The notes under the pieces were generated by a model. It was not told the origin of the DNA, did not search any database, and saw nothing but the letters and a program-made list of their open reading frames with translations. The translations under genes were made by a program, and so were the position numbers. A DNA stretch of 64,000 nucleotides from Candidatus Omnitrophota bacterium (GTDB lineage: Bacteria; Omnitrophota; Gorgyraeia; Zapsychrales; JANLHA01), in the NCBI GenBank assembly GCA_020632535.1, contig JACKFJ010000002.1, forward strand, positions 382,331-446,330, in the 5' to 3' direction. This document shows positions 9,057 through 18,609 of this stretch, one piece after another. Numbering within the stretch: the first letter of the stretch is position 1; every line of letters begins with the position of its first letter.

Positions 9057-9401
9057 ATGATCATCGAACTCGAAAAAATATTAAAGGTGCTTTCAGACAA
9101 GAATCGGATAAGGATTATCAAGCTCTTAGAAAAGCAGAAACTCTGTGTTTGTGAACTTGCTTTTATTTTGGCGATTAAGCAACCAAGCGTTTCAAGGCAT
9201 TTAAAGAAATTGAAGAGTGTTGGAATTATTGCGGAAGAACAGGATAGTTTTTGGACCAATTATGTTTTGTGCGTGAAGGGTAATAAGTATTTTATGTCTT
9301 TGCTTCGTTATTTGAGTGCATGGCTTAAGGAAGATGGGCAGATTAGGCAAGACTTAAAGAAATTGCGTCAGGTTGATCGGGCCAAGTTGTGTTGTAAGTA
9401 A
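9057..9401 (+). CDS. ArsR/SmtB-family metalloregulatory transcriptional repressor
   Basis: Winged-HTH signature LCVCELAFILAIKQPSVSRHLKKLKSVGII with a CVC metal-site motif. Confidence 0.85.
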   Translation: MIIELEKILKVLSDKNRIRIIKLLEKQKLCVCELAFILAIKQPSVSRHLKKLKSVGIIAEEQDSFWTNYVLCVKGNKYFMSLLRYLSAWLKEDGQIRQDLKKLRQVDRAKLCCK

Positions 9402-9419
9402 AAATTTTTACGCTAATTG

Positions 9420-9437
9420 TATAGCGTATCAGCTATA
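9420..9437. promoter_or_regulatory. Candidate ArsR operator (perfect TATAGC-N6-GCTATA) upstream of the micro-ORF/permease
   Basis: Perfect inverted repeat tatagc gtatca gctata, 19 nt upstream of the 9456 start codon. Confidence 0.35.
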
Positions 9438-9455
9438 TAAATAAAGGAGGCTGTT

Positions 9456-9611
9456 ATGGACACAGAGAGAAAGAAATATGATTCGAAGGAAGTGAACAAG
9501 AAACAGGGATTTTGGAAAAGTCTCATTGAGAAACTGGATAAAAAAATGATTGAGAAAGCAAATCAATCTTCTTGCTGTAGTAAGGATTCTAAGGGTGGCA
9601 AATGCTGTTAA
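9456..9611 (+). CDS. Cys-rich 51-aa micro-protein ([51 protein letters not shown])
   Basis: Absent from the ORF track (under 60 aa). AAGGAGG lies 5 nt upstream of the ATG, and the stop overlaps the permease ATG (9602) by 10 nt, suggesting translational coupling. Two CC pairs at the C-terminus. Confidence 0.55.
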   Translation: MDTERKKYDSKEVNKKQGFWKSLIEKLDKKMIEKANQSSCCSKDSKGGKCC

Positions 9612-10564
9612 AATTTACAGATTGGTTGATTTATGAATTATTGGGTTTGGATCCTGAGGCGCGGCTGCCCCAAGCGTTAAACTTTTTTGTATATGATTTT
9701 ATTAAGATTCTTTTTCTGCTTTTTGTGATGATTTTTGTAATCGGGTTTTTAAGGACGTATTTATCGCAGGAAAAGCTTAAGCAATGGCTCACCGCGCGGG
9801 GGATTTTTGGAAATTTTATGGCGGCCTTATTCGGGGCAATTACACCTTTTTGTTCCTGCTCATCGATTCCGCTTTTTATAAGCTTCCTGAAGGCAGGAGT
9901 ACCACTTGGAGTTACGTTCTCATTTCTTATCGCTTCTCCTTTGATTAATGAGTATTTGGTGGTTTTGATGCTTGGTACTTTTGGATGGAAAATTACCTTA
10001 ATGTATGTAATGAGCGGTCTTTTAATAGGGTTTTTCTCCGGAGTCATTCTTGGAAAGATGCGGCTCGAGAAATTCTTAGTTGCAGACATGCATGCCGACC
10101 TAGAATCAGATCAGCAGACGCAAATGCTTTATACTTTTAAGTCTCGCCTAGTTTTTGGCTGGAAGGAAGCGAGGGATATTGTTTATAAACTTTGGGGTTG
10201 GATTCTTGTTGGGGTAGCTATTGGGGCCGGAATTCATAATTATGTTCCACAGGAAATGATTCAAGGAGCTTTAGGTAAAACAGGGATATTTTCAGTCCCT
10301 ATCGCAACGCTCATTGGGGTTCCAATGTATGGAAGTTGTGCGGCAATTGTTCCTATCGCCGTTGTTTTGTTTGAGAAAGGCATTCCTTTGGGAACGGCCT
10401 TGTCTTTTATGATGGCTATTTCAGCTTTGAGTTTTCCAGAAGCGATTATGCTCAGACGCGCGATGAAATTGAAGCTTATTATGATATTCTTTTTAATTAC
10501 GACGATCGCCATTATTTTAACGGGCTATTTGTTTAATATGCTTCAAAGTGTATTGATTCATTAG
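9602..10564 (+). CDS. Permease of the PF03773 (ArsP/YraQ-like, DUF318) family
   Basis: Polytopic protein with the family-typical [13 protein letters not shown] cysteine motif and a second half repeat ([13 protein letters not shown]). Confidence 0.8.
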   Translation: MLLKFTDWLIYELLGLDPEARLPQALNFFVYDFIKILFLLFVMIFVIGFLRTYLSQEKLKQWLTARGIFGNFMAALFGAITPFCSCSSIPLFISFLKAGVPLGVTFSFLIASPLINEYLVVLMLGTFGWKITLMYVMSGLLIGFFSGVILGKMRLEKFLVADMHADLESDQQTQMLYTFKSRLVFGWKEARDIVYKLWGWILVGVAIGAGIHNYVPQEMIQGALGKTGIFSVPIATLIGVPMYGSCAAIVPIAVVLFEKGIPLGTALSFMMAISALSFPEAIMLRRAMKLKLIMIFFLITTIAIILTGYLFNMLQSVLIH

Positions 10565-10713
10565 AGAGGTAATATGAAAAAAGGGGCGGTTTGCGTTCAT
10601 AAAAATATAGGTAAACAAAGATACTAATTTTTCTGATGAAGAAATGTTAGGTGTTTAATAATAAAGAATAAGCAAGAAAAGTTCGATAAACTTATAGAGT
10701 TGGACAAGATGAG

Positions 10714-12138
10714 ATGGAAACAATAAATCTAAGAGTGATGTTTTCAACGCGGGGCGCGCTTGCCAGTCTTTCGTTATCCATGTTGCTGTCGTCACTCGGC
10801 ACAAGCATTGCTAACGTCGCTTTGCCAACATTGATGCAAACATTTAGTACTAGCTTTCAAAAGGTTCAGTGGATTATTCTCGCGTATCTTCTTGCTATTA
10901 CAACGCTGATTGTCAGCGTAGGGCGACTGAGTGATATAATTGGCCGTCGGAGATTGTTGTTGGTTGGACTTTCTCTTTTTGTAGCGGCTTCGGTTTTGTG
11001 TGGTATTTCTTCCTCGCTTTGGATGTTGATCGCTGCCCGCGCGGTACAGGGTCTAGGAGCAGCTATTATGATGGTTCTTACATTGGCGTTTGTTAGTGAA
11101 ATAATTCCAAAGGATAAAATTGGTAGTGCGATGGGGTTGCTTGGAGCAATGTCTGCAATCGGCACAGCTTTCGGGCCGGCTTTGGGGGGTGTACTGATTT
11201 CTAAGATCGGTTGGCAATCAATTTTTCTTGTTAACATACCGCTGGGTATTCTTGCTTTTATATTTGCGTATCGTTATTTGCCCGTTGATCGTCAAGAACA
11301 AATAAAAGATGAGATTAGTTTTGATAATGTGGGTACGTTGATACTTGTTTTAACGCTTGCGGCATATGCGCTTGCGATGACGATTGGGCGTGGTAGTTTT
11401 GGTTTGCTTAATATAGTTTTGCTATTGATAGCTATTTTGGGGAGCTGTCTCTTTATGTTTGTTGAAGCGAAGGTAACGTCGCCTTTGATTCCATTAGACA
11501 TGTTTCGTGATCCATTATTAAGCGCGGGTCTTATTATGAGCGCGCTTGTATCAACGGTGTTAATGGCAACGCTGGTGGTTGGACCTTTTTATCTTTCTTA
11601 TGCGCTTGAACTTAACGTTGCTCATGTTGGAATGGTCATGGCGGCTGGTCCGCTTGTCGTTGCGTTTACGAGTGTGCTTGCGGGGCGCATGGTAGACTGG
11701 TTTGGCGCACAACTTATAACTATTATTGGGCTTATCGGTATAGCAGTAGGTTCGTTCAGTTTGTCTGTTATTCCGATCAGATTTGGTATTCCGGGTTATA
11801 TTTTTCCTGTAGTAATTATTACATTGGGTTATGCGTTGTTCCAGACAGCGAACAACACTGCTGTTATGAAGAATGTTCTTCGGGATCAGCGGGGTGTGAT
11901 TTCCGGTATGCTTAATTTATCTCGCAATCTTGGACTTATTACTGGAGCATCTCTTATGGGTGCGGTTTTTGCGTTTGCATCAGGGACAAGTGACATTGCA
12001 ACGGCCAATCCTGAGGTTGTTGCCAGCGGTATGCGTATCACATTTGTAGTTGCTACGGTTTTGATCGTCTTTGCATTTGTTGTTGCAGTGGTAAGTCAGG
12101 TTCTTGCAACACGCAAAGCACTTTTTGCGAATGCTTGA
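10714..12138 (+). CDS. MFS transporter, DHA2/EmrB-like (14-TM drug:H+ antiporter type)
   Basis: 474 aa, 14 hydrophobic segments, MFS motif A GRLSDIIGRRRLL and motif C-like GPALGGVL. Confidence 0.85.
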   Translation: METINLRVMFSTRGALASLSLSMLLSSLGTSIANVALPTLMQTFSTSFQKVQWIILAYLLAITTLIVSVGRLSDIIGRRRLLLVGLSLFVAASVLCGISSSLWMLIAARAVQGLGAAIMMVLTLAFVSEIIPKDKIGSAMGLLGAMSAIGTAFGPALGGVLISKIGWQSIFLVNIPLGILAFIFAYRYLPVDRQEQIKDEISFDNVGTLILVLTLAAYALAMTIGRGSFGLLNIVLLLIAILGSCLFMFVEAKVTSPLIPLDMFRDPLLSAGLIMSALVSTVLMATLVVGPFYLSYALELNVAHVGMVMAAGPLVVAFTSVLAGRMVDWFGAQLITIIGLIGIAVGSFSLSVIPIRFGIPGYIFPVVIITLGYALFQTANNTAVMKNVLRDQRGVISGMLNLSRNLGLITGASLMGAVFAFASGTSDIATANPEVVASGMRITFVVATVLIVFAFVVAVVSQVLATRKALFANA

Positions 12139-12177
12139 TGATGTGCATTGTGTAAGGAGATAGGCATTGTTCACGTT

Positions 12178-12681
12178 ATGAATAATCAGGAAAGAATTTA
12201 TCATTTTGAAGTTCCTCAAAACCTGCTACCCGAGATCACCGCAGAGCAGGGCATTGCTAATTTTGAAGTTCCGCATGACTTAATACCGCAAATTTCTAAA
12301 GAGTATGGTGTCGTTGATCGGCGCAAGGCGACAAATCAATATATGCAGATAGTGCATGCGCTTATTCTGAGTATTTTGTTGATTGTTTTGATGATATTCA
12401 TTATAAAAAAGTTGTCGAGAATTTTTGGCAAGTTTGATTTGGTGTTAAAGAGTATCAAAAGCATTTTGAATGTTATCGCGCGAATTTGTTTGGCGTTTTT
12501 GATGTCAATGATTCCTGCGACACTTGTTTTTATGGCGACGTGTTGGGTAAGTTGCAAATACTTGATTCAATGTGTTGATGTTCAGACGGTGGCGGCATAT
12601 ATTTTGGGGTTATTGTTTGGTGGGATCATATGGTTTTTCGCTTTTCTTTGGCTGTTGGGTAAGTTTTTCAAAAGGTCGTGA
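12178..12681 (+). CDS. Hypothetical membrane protein with N-terminal 19-aa tandem duplication
   Basis: HFEVPQNLLPEITAEQGIA / NFEVPHDLIPQISKEYGVV (nt 12202-12315) followed by 3-4 TM helices. Start uncertain (TTG 12148 or ATG 12178). Confidence 0.45.
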   Translation: MNNQERIYHFEVPQNLLPEITAEQGIANFEVPHDLIPQISKEYGVVDRRKATNQYMQIVHALILSILLIVLMIFIIKKLSRIFGKFDLVLKSIKSILNVIARICLAFLMSMIPATLVFMATCWVSCKYLIQCVDVQTVAAYILGLLFGGIIWFFAFLWLLGKFFKRS

Positions 12682-12788
12682 TGGTTGTTTTGAATATAAT
12701 CAAATTACATCGTAGGATATTCGCAAGCCCCCCTAAGTTTTAAAGATAAGATTTAAAAAAGTTTTAATCGTGTGCTTTAATAATAATC

Positions 12789-14795
12789 ATGTCTGATTTT
12801 ATTCCTAAAGATTTTTCCTTGAGGCGTACCATTGCATTGAATTCTGGTGTGCATTTTGTTCGGCCAATGCTTATGGCGGGTTTTGTTGGCAGTGCGACAG
12901 GTTTTCTTGTCGTGGGGTTTATTAAATTAATTGAATGGACCACGGCTTTTTTATTTAATCCTGCGATTACAAATACTTTTTGGGTTATCTTTGTTCCTGT
13001 GCTTGGAGGTTTGATTGTCGGACCATGGATAGAATTTTTAGCTCCGGAGGCCAAGGGGCATGGTGTTCCTGAGGTTTTAAAAGCGATTGCCCTGCGCGGT
13101 TCACGGATTAGGCCGATTGTTGGCATTGTTAAGATTGTGACATCGGTTATTTCCATCGGCAGTGGTTTTTCTGTTGGTCGAGAAGGGCCGATTGTGCAAA
13201 TCGGATCGGCTCTTGGCTCGTCCTTAGGTCAATTATTAAAATTGCCAGAATCACGAATCAGAAATTTGGTAGCTTGTGGTGCGGCAGCGGGTATCGCAGG
13301 AGTTTTTAATACTCCGATTGCTGGTGTCATGTTTGCGTCCGAGGTGATATTGCGTGATTTTGGCGCCAATGCTTTAAGTACAGTTGTCGTTGCGGCGGTG
13401 TCCGCTAGTATTGTTAGCCGTATATTTTTAGGGGATCATCCTTCTTTTATGGTGCCTTCGTATCATCTGCATCATCCTTCAGAAATATTCCTATATTTTA
13501 TTCTTGGTATTTTAGCAGCTGTGGCAGCTGTGTCATTTATGGTGACTTTGGAGTGGTCGGAAGTAAAATTTGATAAATGGCGGTTTCCGGTGTGGTTAAA
13601 GCCGGCTTGTGCTGGTCTTTTGGTCGGTTGCTTAGGATATTGTTTTCCTCAGATTTTTGGTTCTGGTCTTTCAGCCATTCAGGATGCTTTGCACGGGAAT
13701 ATTCCACTGCAAATTTTAGTTTCCTTAATTTTTGTAAAAATATTAGCGACTTCACTCTCACTGGGCGGGGGAAGCTCGGGTGGGGTTTTTGCGCCGTTAT
13801 TGTTTATTGGTGCGGTTTTGGGAGGTGCGTTTGGACAGTTGTCTGCTTTGCGTTCGGTGGTGCCGATAGCTCCGAGCGGCGCTTATGCTTTAGTTGGCAT
13901 GGCCAGTGTTTTTGCTGCCGCGGCCCGAGCGCCGATTACTTCGATTTTGATTGTATTTGAATTGACTGGCAGCTATGGCATGATTTTGCCTATTATGGTT
14001 GCGGTTGTAACCGCGACTTCAATAGCAAAAATAATTCGCAAAGATTCTATTTACTTAGGAAAACTAAAAAGTAAAGGGATTGATATTAACTCATTTGAGG
14101 AGGCTCGTGTCTTAGAGGGGTTAAAAGTTAGTGATGTTATGAGTCAAGAATTTCATCTTGTGCGTCAAGACATGGCCGCAAAAGAATTGATTAAGTTTAT
14201 GTCGACAAATATGACAAAAAGCATTTTTGTGATTGATCATAAAAATACTTTAGTGGGGATAGTTAAGTCGGTGGAATTTAATAGAATATTATTGGCTGAG
14301 GGTGAGGATTTTTTGATTGCGCAGGACATCGCAATTTCAGTTAAGGAATATACTTTTCCGGATGAGCCTTTGAATGAAGCGGCAAAACTTATGGCTGCGC
14401 ATCATTTGACCGAAATGCCGGTGGTAGATTCCCTTAATACGACTAAAGTTATTGGAGTTTTAAGGTCTGAGGATGTGTTTCGAGTTTATGCTGAGCATGT
14501 TTCTCGTCGCGGAGAAATTACCAGCCGGCAGGCTCACGATGAGGCGGTTCCGTCGGATATGATGACAGTTGTTTTTACCGTAAATCCTCGCTCATTAATT
14601 GTTGGGAAAACAATTAAAGAATTGAACTTGCCGGAGGGTGTTCACTTTAATTTGGTTAAGCGCGGTGCCAGGTTTTCGGTGCCGCACGGCAATATGCTGA
14701 TGCTGATTAAAGATCGTATTACTGTCATTGTAATGCCTCAGCAAGAAGAGGCCTTGCGGGAGTGGCTTAAGCGAAACAGATTAAAAGATTTTTAG
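12789..14795 (+). CDS. ClC-family voltage-gated chloride channel/antiporter with C-terminal CBS pair and TrkA-C (RCK_C) domain
   Basis: Selectivity motifs GSGFSVGREGP, GVFNTPIAG and GGVFAP. CBS-like repeats lie at about aa 450-570, and the C-terminal LPEGVHFNLVKRG...GDxL pattern is TrkA-C-like. Confidence 0.9.
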   Translation: MSDFIPKDFSLRRTIALNSGVHFVRPMLMAGFVGSATGFLVVGFIKLIEWTTAFLFNPAITNTFWVIFVPVLGGLIVGPWIEFLAPEAKGHGVPEVLKAIALRGSRIRPIVGIVKIVTSVISIGSGFSVGREGPIVQIGSALGSSLGQLLKLPESRIRNLVACGAAAGIAGVFNTPIAGVMFASEVILRDFGANALSTVVVAAVSASIVSRIFLGDHPSFMVPSYHLHHPSEIFLYFILGILAAVAAVSFMVTLEWSEVKFDKWRFPVWLKPACAGLLVGCLGYCFPQIFGSGLSAIQDALHGNIPLQILVSLIFVKILATSLSLGGGSSGGVFAPLLFIGAVLGGAFGQLSALRSVVPIAPSGAYALVGMASVFAAAARAPITSILIVFELTGSYGMILPIMVAVVTATSIAKIIRKDSIYLGKLKSKGIDINSFEEARVLEGLKVSDVMSQEFHLVRQDMAAKELIKFMSTNMTKSIFVIDHKNTLVGIVKSVEFNRILLAEGEDFLIAQDIAISVKEYTFPDEPLNEAAKLMAAHHLTEMPVVDSLNTTKVIGVLRSEDVFRVYAEHVSRRGEITSRQAHDEAVPSDMMTVVFTVNPRSLIVGKTIKELNLPEGVHFNLVKRGARFSVPHGNMLMLIKDRITVIVMPQQEEALREWLKRNRLKDF

Positions 14796-14848
14796 ATTTG
14801 GAATAAAGCTAAATCAAATTCAATATTTACGAAATAATTTTTTTAAAA

Positions 14849-15892
14849 ATGCCGACATTGGTAAAAACTCGAAATCGTACGATCGATGTTCTCAAAGGAC
14901 TTGCGATCGTTCTTGTTGTTTATGGTCACGTCATTCAGCGCTCTATGGTTGTCGGTGGGGCTGATTTCTTCTTAAATCCTGTTTTTAAAATCATTTATAC
15001 ATTTCACATGCCGCTTTTTGTTTTTATAAGCGGCTATTTGATTGCGGCGAGTTTAAAACGCCGCAGCATTAAGGATACTTTTACAATTCGCGTAAAAAGT
15101 TTGTTTATTCCCTTTGTTGTTTGGAGTCTTTTAGACATGGTGGTCAATGATTTGATCAATTCATCGGGTGGGTTTAACGTTTTCGAATATTTATTTTTGA
15201 AACCTTCGGTGTGGTTTCTTTTCACATTGTTTGTTGCTAGTGCTTTGGTTTTAGCGTCGGTAAAGCTACAAAGAAAGTTTGGGTTAGTGATCTTTGCTTT
15301 GATTTATCTTCTTATACTCTTTATCCCTTTTAATGAATACGCGGCTCTTTATTACATCAAATGGTTTTATTTGTTTTACGTAGCTGGTTATCTGATTCAT
15401 GAGTATGGTTCTGGATTTATAGCACGGTTTAATAATACGGCTACATTTGTGACAGCTTTTTTTATCTTTTTTGTTCTTTTGCCATTTTGGACACGCAATG
15501 ATTATATTTATGTGAATAAAATGCATTTTTTGTCAGCAGATTATGTCCTGGAAATCTTACGATACGGTTATGTTTATCTTATTGGATTTGTTGGTATTGT
15601 TTTGGCGTTCTTTATTGGAGCGCATTTGGCGAGAACCAAAACGGTTTCTTTGTTAGGAAACATTGGAATTTATTCTTTGGATATTTATTTGCTGCAGAGG
15701 TATCTTGTCGAAGGTTTGTATCCCAAGATTTTGACAAAGTTTAATTTAAGCTTCGATTACAATTCGCCGTTATTTCTTTGTGTTTTTTGTCCTTTGGTTG
15801 CTGTCATCGCGGTAGCGGTATGTATTTTTGTCACTAAATTATTAATAAGAAGGATCGATATTCTTAACACTTTATTGCTGGGTCACCGGTAA
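14849..15892 (+). CDS. Acyltransferase family 3 (membrane O-acyltransferase)
   Basis: N-terminal RNRTIDVLKGLAIVLVVYGHV and about 10 TM helices, typical of PF01757. Confidence 0.8.
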   Translation: MPTLVKTRNRTIDVLKGLAIVLVVYGHVIQRSMVVGGADFFLNPVFKIIYTFHMPLFVFISGYLIAASLKRRSIKDTFTIRVKSLFIPFVVWSLLDMVVNDLINSSGGFNVFEYLFLKPSVWFLFTLFVASALVLASVKLQRKFGLVIFALIYLLILFIPFNEYAALYYIKWFYLFYVAGYLIHEYGSGFIARFNNTATFVTAFFIFFVLLPFWTRNDYIYVNKMHFLSADYVLEILRYGYVYLIGFVGIVLAFFIGAHLARTKTVSLLGNIGIYSLDIYLLQRYLVEGLYPKILTKFNLSFDYNSPLFLCVFCPLVAVIAVAVCIFVTKLLIRRIDILNTLLLGHR

Positions 15893-17754
15893 TGTTTTCA
15901 CAGTTTGTAAAATTAAAAAGTCTGCTTTCCCTTCTTGGAATTCTCATTATTGTCACTATCGCATTCTCTCCGACGCTGTTTAATGGATTTAGTAAGAATG
16001 ACGACCCCGGACATTTATTAGAAAATCCCACATTGCGCGCTTTGACTCCGGAAAACATCCGTGCGATCTTTCAGAATATTATTAACACCACGTATAACCC
16101 GTTAACGATTCTTTCTTTCGCGCTTGAGTATCGTTTCTTTGGATACAATCCGTTTGTTTATCATTTAAACAATCTGCTTTTACATTTGGGTGTTGTTTCC
16201 TTAATATTTTTCTTTTTTCAAAGAATGGGGCTTTCGCTCTTGGCGGCATCCATTGGCGCTTTGATTTTTGGTATTCATCCGATGCATGTTGAATCGGTGG
16301 CGTGGGTGACGGAAAGAAAGGATGTTTTATACGCATTTTTCTACATGCTCGCACTTCTTGCGTATTGGAATTATGTCAAATTGGGGAAGAGGTCATATTA
16401 TTGGGGAAGTTTGGTGTGTTGTTTTTTAAGTGTTTTGGCTAAACCGATGGCTTTGAGTTTGCCGTTGATTTTATTGTTATGTGATTGGTGGATGGGACGT
16501 AAATGGACGCGTGCAGTATTTTTGGAAAAGATATTTTTTGTCACTATTGTTGTTACGATCGCAAGTGTTACGTATATCTATAACGCGCGCGTTCCATGGC
16601 AAACTGTTAGTGAAGCAATGATGCTGTGGGTTTGGTGTTTGATTTTTTATATTCGTAAATTTTTTGTTCCCGATCAATTTATAACTTTTTATCAATTTCC
16701 GCAGCCGCTTTCGTGGACAAATGCGTCATTTGCATTATCAGGAATCGCGGGTGTCGCTCTTATTTTTTTGCTTTTATATTTCCGTCGTAACAAATTGTTT
16801 ATTTTTGCCATGTTGTTTTATTTTCTTTCGATCTTTTTCCTATTGCGATTCGATGATGTTGAAAATATTAACCCGGTTTCAGATCGTTTTATGTATTTGC
16901 CTAGTGTTGGATTTTGTGCATTATTGGGCGCTGGATTTGCGTGGTTGCTGAGTCATAAAACTGTGCGACATTTGCGTAAATGTCTAATTGTAGGGTTCAT
17001 TGTTATGGCATTGTTTTTGGCAGTAAAAACATTTGTTCAATGTCGAAATTGGCGAGATGGCGCGATTCTCTGGAGCGCGGTGATTGAGCGTTCGCCGAAT
17101 TTAGCAATGGCTTATATTCAGCGAGGAGCCGCATATCATGAAAAGGGCGATCTTGTGTCCGCGAAAGCGGATTATCTGAAGGCAATTGAGTTAAAAAATG
17201 ATCCGTATGCTCATAATAATTTGGCGACGATTTATAAGGAAACGGGGCATTTTGAAGAAGCAGAATCGGAATATACGATAGCCATTAAGATTAAGCCTGA
17301 CTTTTGGGGTGCTTATTTTGATCGTGGTAATCTTTATCGTGAAGCCGGAAAGTTGGTTTTGGCAATCGCGGATTATACAAAAGTATTAGAACTTTTGCCG
17401 GGTTACGCGGAGGCTTACGCGCATCGTGGTACGGCTTATTTATTAAATCAGGAAGATGATCTTGCTTTTCAGGATTTTAATTATGCGATACGTTTTGACC
17501 CGCGCGCTGTCAATGCCGTTAATAATCGGGCGGTGATATACGCAAAGCGCGGTCATTTTGAGAAATCAATTGATGATTTTTCGCTTTCGATTTTTTTAGA
17601 TCCTGAAAATGCTTCGGTGTATTTTAATCGAGGTCTTGCGTATTCACAAAACCGCCAGTATGATCGGGCTATTGTCGATTTTGACAAGGCTTTAGAGATA
17701 GATCCAAATTATCAACAGGCATATCAACACAAAATGGAAATCATAAGACGATGA
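15892..17754 (+). CDS. GT-C-fold glycosyltransferase-like membrane protein (PMT_2/TMTC/DUF1736-like) with C-terminal TPR repeats
   Basis: DD motif after TM1 (FSKNDDPGH), HPMHVESVAWVTERKDVLY (DUF1736-like), at least 9 TM, then about 6 TPR units (AYIQRGAAYHEKGD..., AYFDRGNLYREAGK...). Confidence 0.7.
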   Translation: MFSQFVKLKSLLSLLGILIIVTIAFSPTLFNGFSKNDDPGHLLENPTLRALTPENIRAIFQNIINTTYNPLTILSFALEYRFFGYNPFVYHLNNLLLHLGVVSLIFFFFQRMGLSLLAASIGALIFGIHPMHVESVAWVTERKDVLYAFFYMLALLAYWNYVKLGKRSYYWGSLVCCFLSVLAKPMALSLPLILLLCDWWMGRKWTRAVFLEKIFFVTIVVTIASVTYIYNARVPWQTVSEAMMLWVWCLIFYIRKFFVPDQFITFYQFPQPLSWTNASFALSGIAGVALIFLLLYFRRNKLFIFAMLFYFLSIFFLLRFDDVENINPVSDRFMYLPSVGFCALLGAGFAWLLSHKTVRHLRKCLIVGFIVMALFLAVKTFVQCRNWRDGAILWSAVIERSPNLAMAYIQRGAAYHEKGDLVSAKADYLKAIELKNDPYAHNNLATIYKETGHFEEAESEYTIAIKIKPDFWGAYFDRGNLYREAGKLVLAIADYTKVLELLPGYAEAYAHRGTAYLLNQEDDLAFQDFNYAIRFDPRAVNAVNNRAVIYAKRGHFEKSIDDFSLSIFLDPENASVYFNRGLAYSQNRQYDRAIVDFDKALEIDPNYQQAYQHKMEIIRR

Positions 17755-18605
17755 TGGCGCTTCCGAGAAAAAGGATTCCTTGGCAGGATCGTGCGCGTTT
17801 AGGAAACATGCGAGCTTTCTTTATGACACTGATAGAGGTTGTGATCAGTCCTTTTGATTTCTTTGAAAAGCTTGAGATTGAAGATTCTTTTGAGGGGCCA
17901 TTGTTTTTTGCTTTTCTTAATACATTGTATTTAACCGGCCCACTTTTACCGCACATCATGTCTTGGGTGCATTTTCTCGCTTTTATTTATATTCTCGTCG
18001 TGACGCCAATCCTTTATTTTGTTTTTGCTTTCATTATTCAGAAGTATTTTAATTTTTGGGAAGAAGCCGTGGATTACAAAAAGATTTTTAGTGTACTGGC
18101 TTATGCGACGCCGGCTTTTATTCTTGTATATGTTCCCGTCGTAGGTTATGGACTTGCGATTATCACATATACGGTTTTGGTGTGTCTTGGGCTTATGCAA
18201 ATTCAGAATACGAGTTTTGGGAAAATAATAATGGTCGCGTTGATTGTGCCATTTTTAGTCTTGATTCCGTATGGCGCTGTCCGTTACGCAAATTATTGGG
18301 TCAAAATTCATCCGATCATTGATGTGGAAGTTGAAGCACAGAAAATTCTGGCGGCTCTTTCGATTGCGGCGGAAAACTACGCGGCTCACAATGATGGTCA
18401 TTATCCAATGGATAGTCAATCTTTGACAGACAAGACGCAACAATATCTCGCGTACGATTATTGCGGCACACTTCGAAATGGTTACTATTTTAGTTGTGAT
18501 TTTCGCAGTTATGGCTATTTTTTAAAAGCCAGTCCGCAGGGTTGGCAAGGACGGGGCAAGAAAACATTTTTTGTCACAACTGGCGGACAATTGCGTCAGC
18601 AATAA
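17751..18605 (+). CDS. Yip1-like polytopic membrane protein with C-terminal pilin-head-like domain
   Basis: N-terminus IPWQDRARLGNMRAFFMTLIEVVISPFDFF is Yip1-like, followed by 5 TM. The C-terminus AENYAAHNDGHYP...YDYCG...GYYFSC...SPQGWQGRGKKTFFVTTGG resembles type IV pilin/pseudopilin globular domains. The start overlaps the upstream stop. Confidence 0.45.
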   Translation: MMALPRKRIPWQDRARLGNMRAFFMTLIEVVISPFDFFEKLEIEDSFEGPLFFAFLNTLYLTGPLLPHIMSWVHFLAFIYILVVTPILYFVFAFIIQKYFNFWEEAVDYKKIFSVLAYATPAFILVYVPVVGYGLAIITYTVLVCLGLMQIQNTSFGKIIMVALIVPFLVLIPYGAVRYANYWVKIHPIIDVEVEAQKILAALSIAAENYAAHNDGHYPMDSQSLTDKTQQYLAYDYCGTLRNGYYFSCDFRSYGYFLKASPQGWQGRGKKTFFVTTGGQLRQQ

Positions 18606-18609
18606 ACTG

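Noticed and set aside
9631-10089. 152-aa minus-strand ORF, and 10261-10512 (-)
   Set aside because: They are antisense to the PF03773 permease, whose two-repeat membrane topology and Cys motifs are convincing.
12202-12315. 57-bp tandem duplication (19-aa HFEVPQNLLPEITAEQGIA / NFEVPHDLIPQISKEYGVV) in the 12178 ORF
   Set aside because: The duplication is real, but it is a small diverged intragenic duplication in an uncharacterised protein. I have no basis for a functional claim.
5800-12700. Possible genomic island integrated at tRNA-Glu (membrane protein, ICMT, quinone reductase, MAPEG, broken NTase, ArsR-permease, MFS)
   Set aside because: The cargo looks accessory. However, I found no integrase or recombinase, no direct repeat of the tRNA-Glu 3' end downstream, and no obvious compositional break by eye. 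It is left as a weak idea only.
13577-13960. 127-aa alternative-frame ORF inside the ClC gene, and 36217-36414 / 25901-26146 / 46344-46637 alternative-frame ORFs
   Set aside because: These are same-strand out-of-frame overlaps with strongly supported genes, have Cys/Phe/Trp-rich composition, and lack independent start signals.
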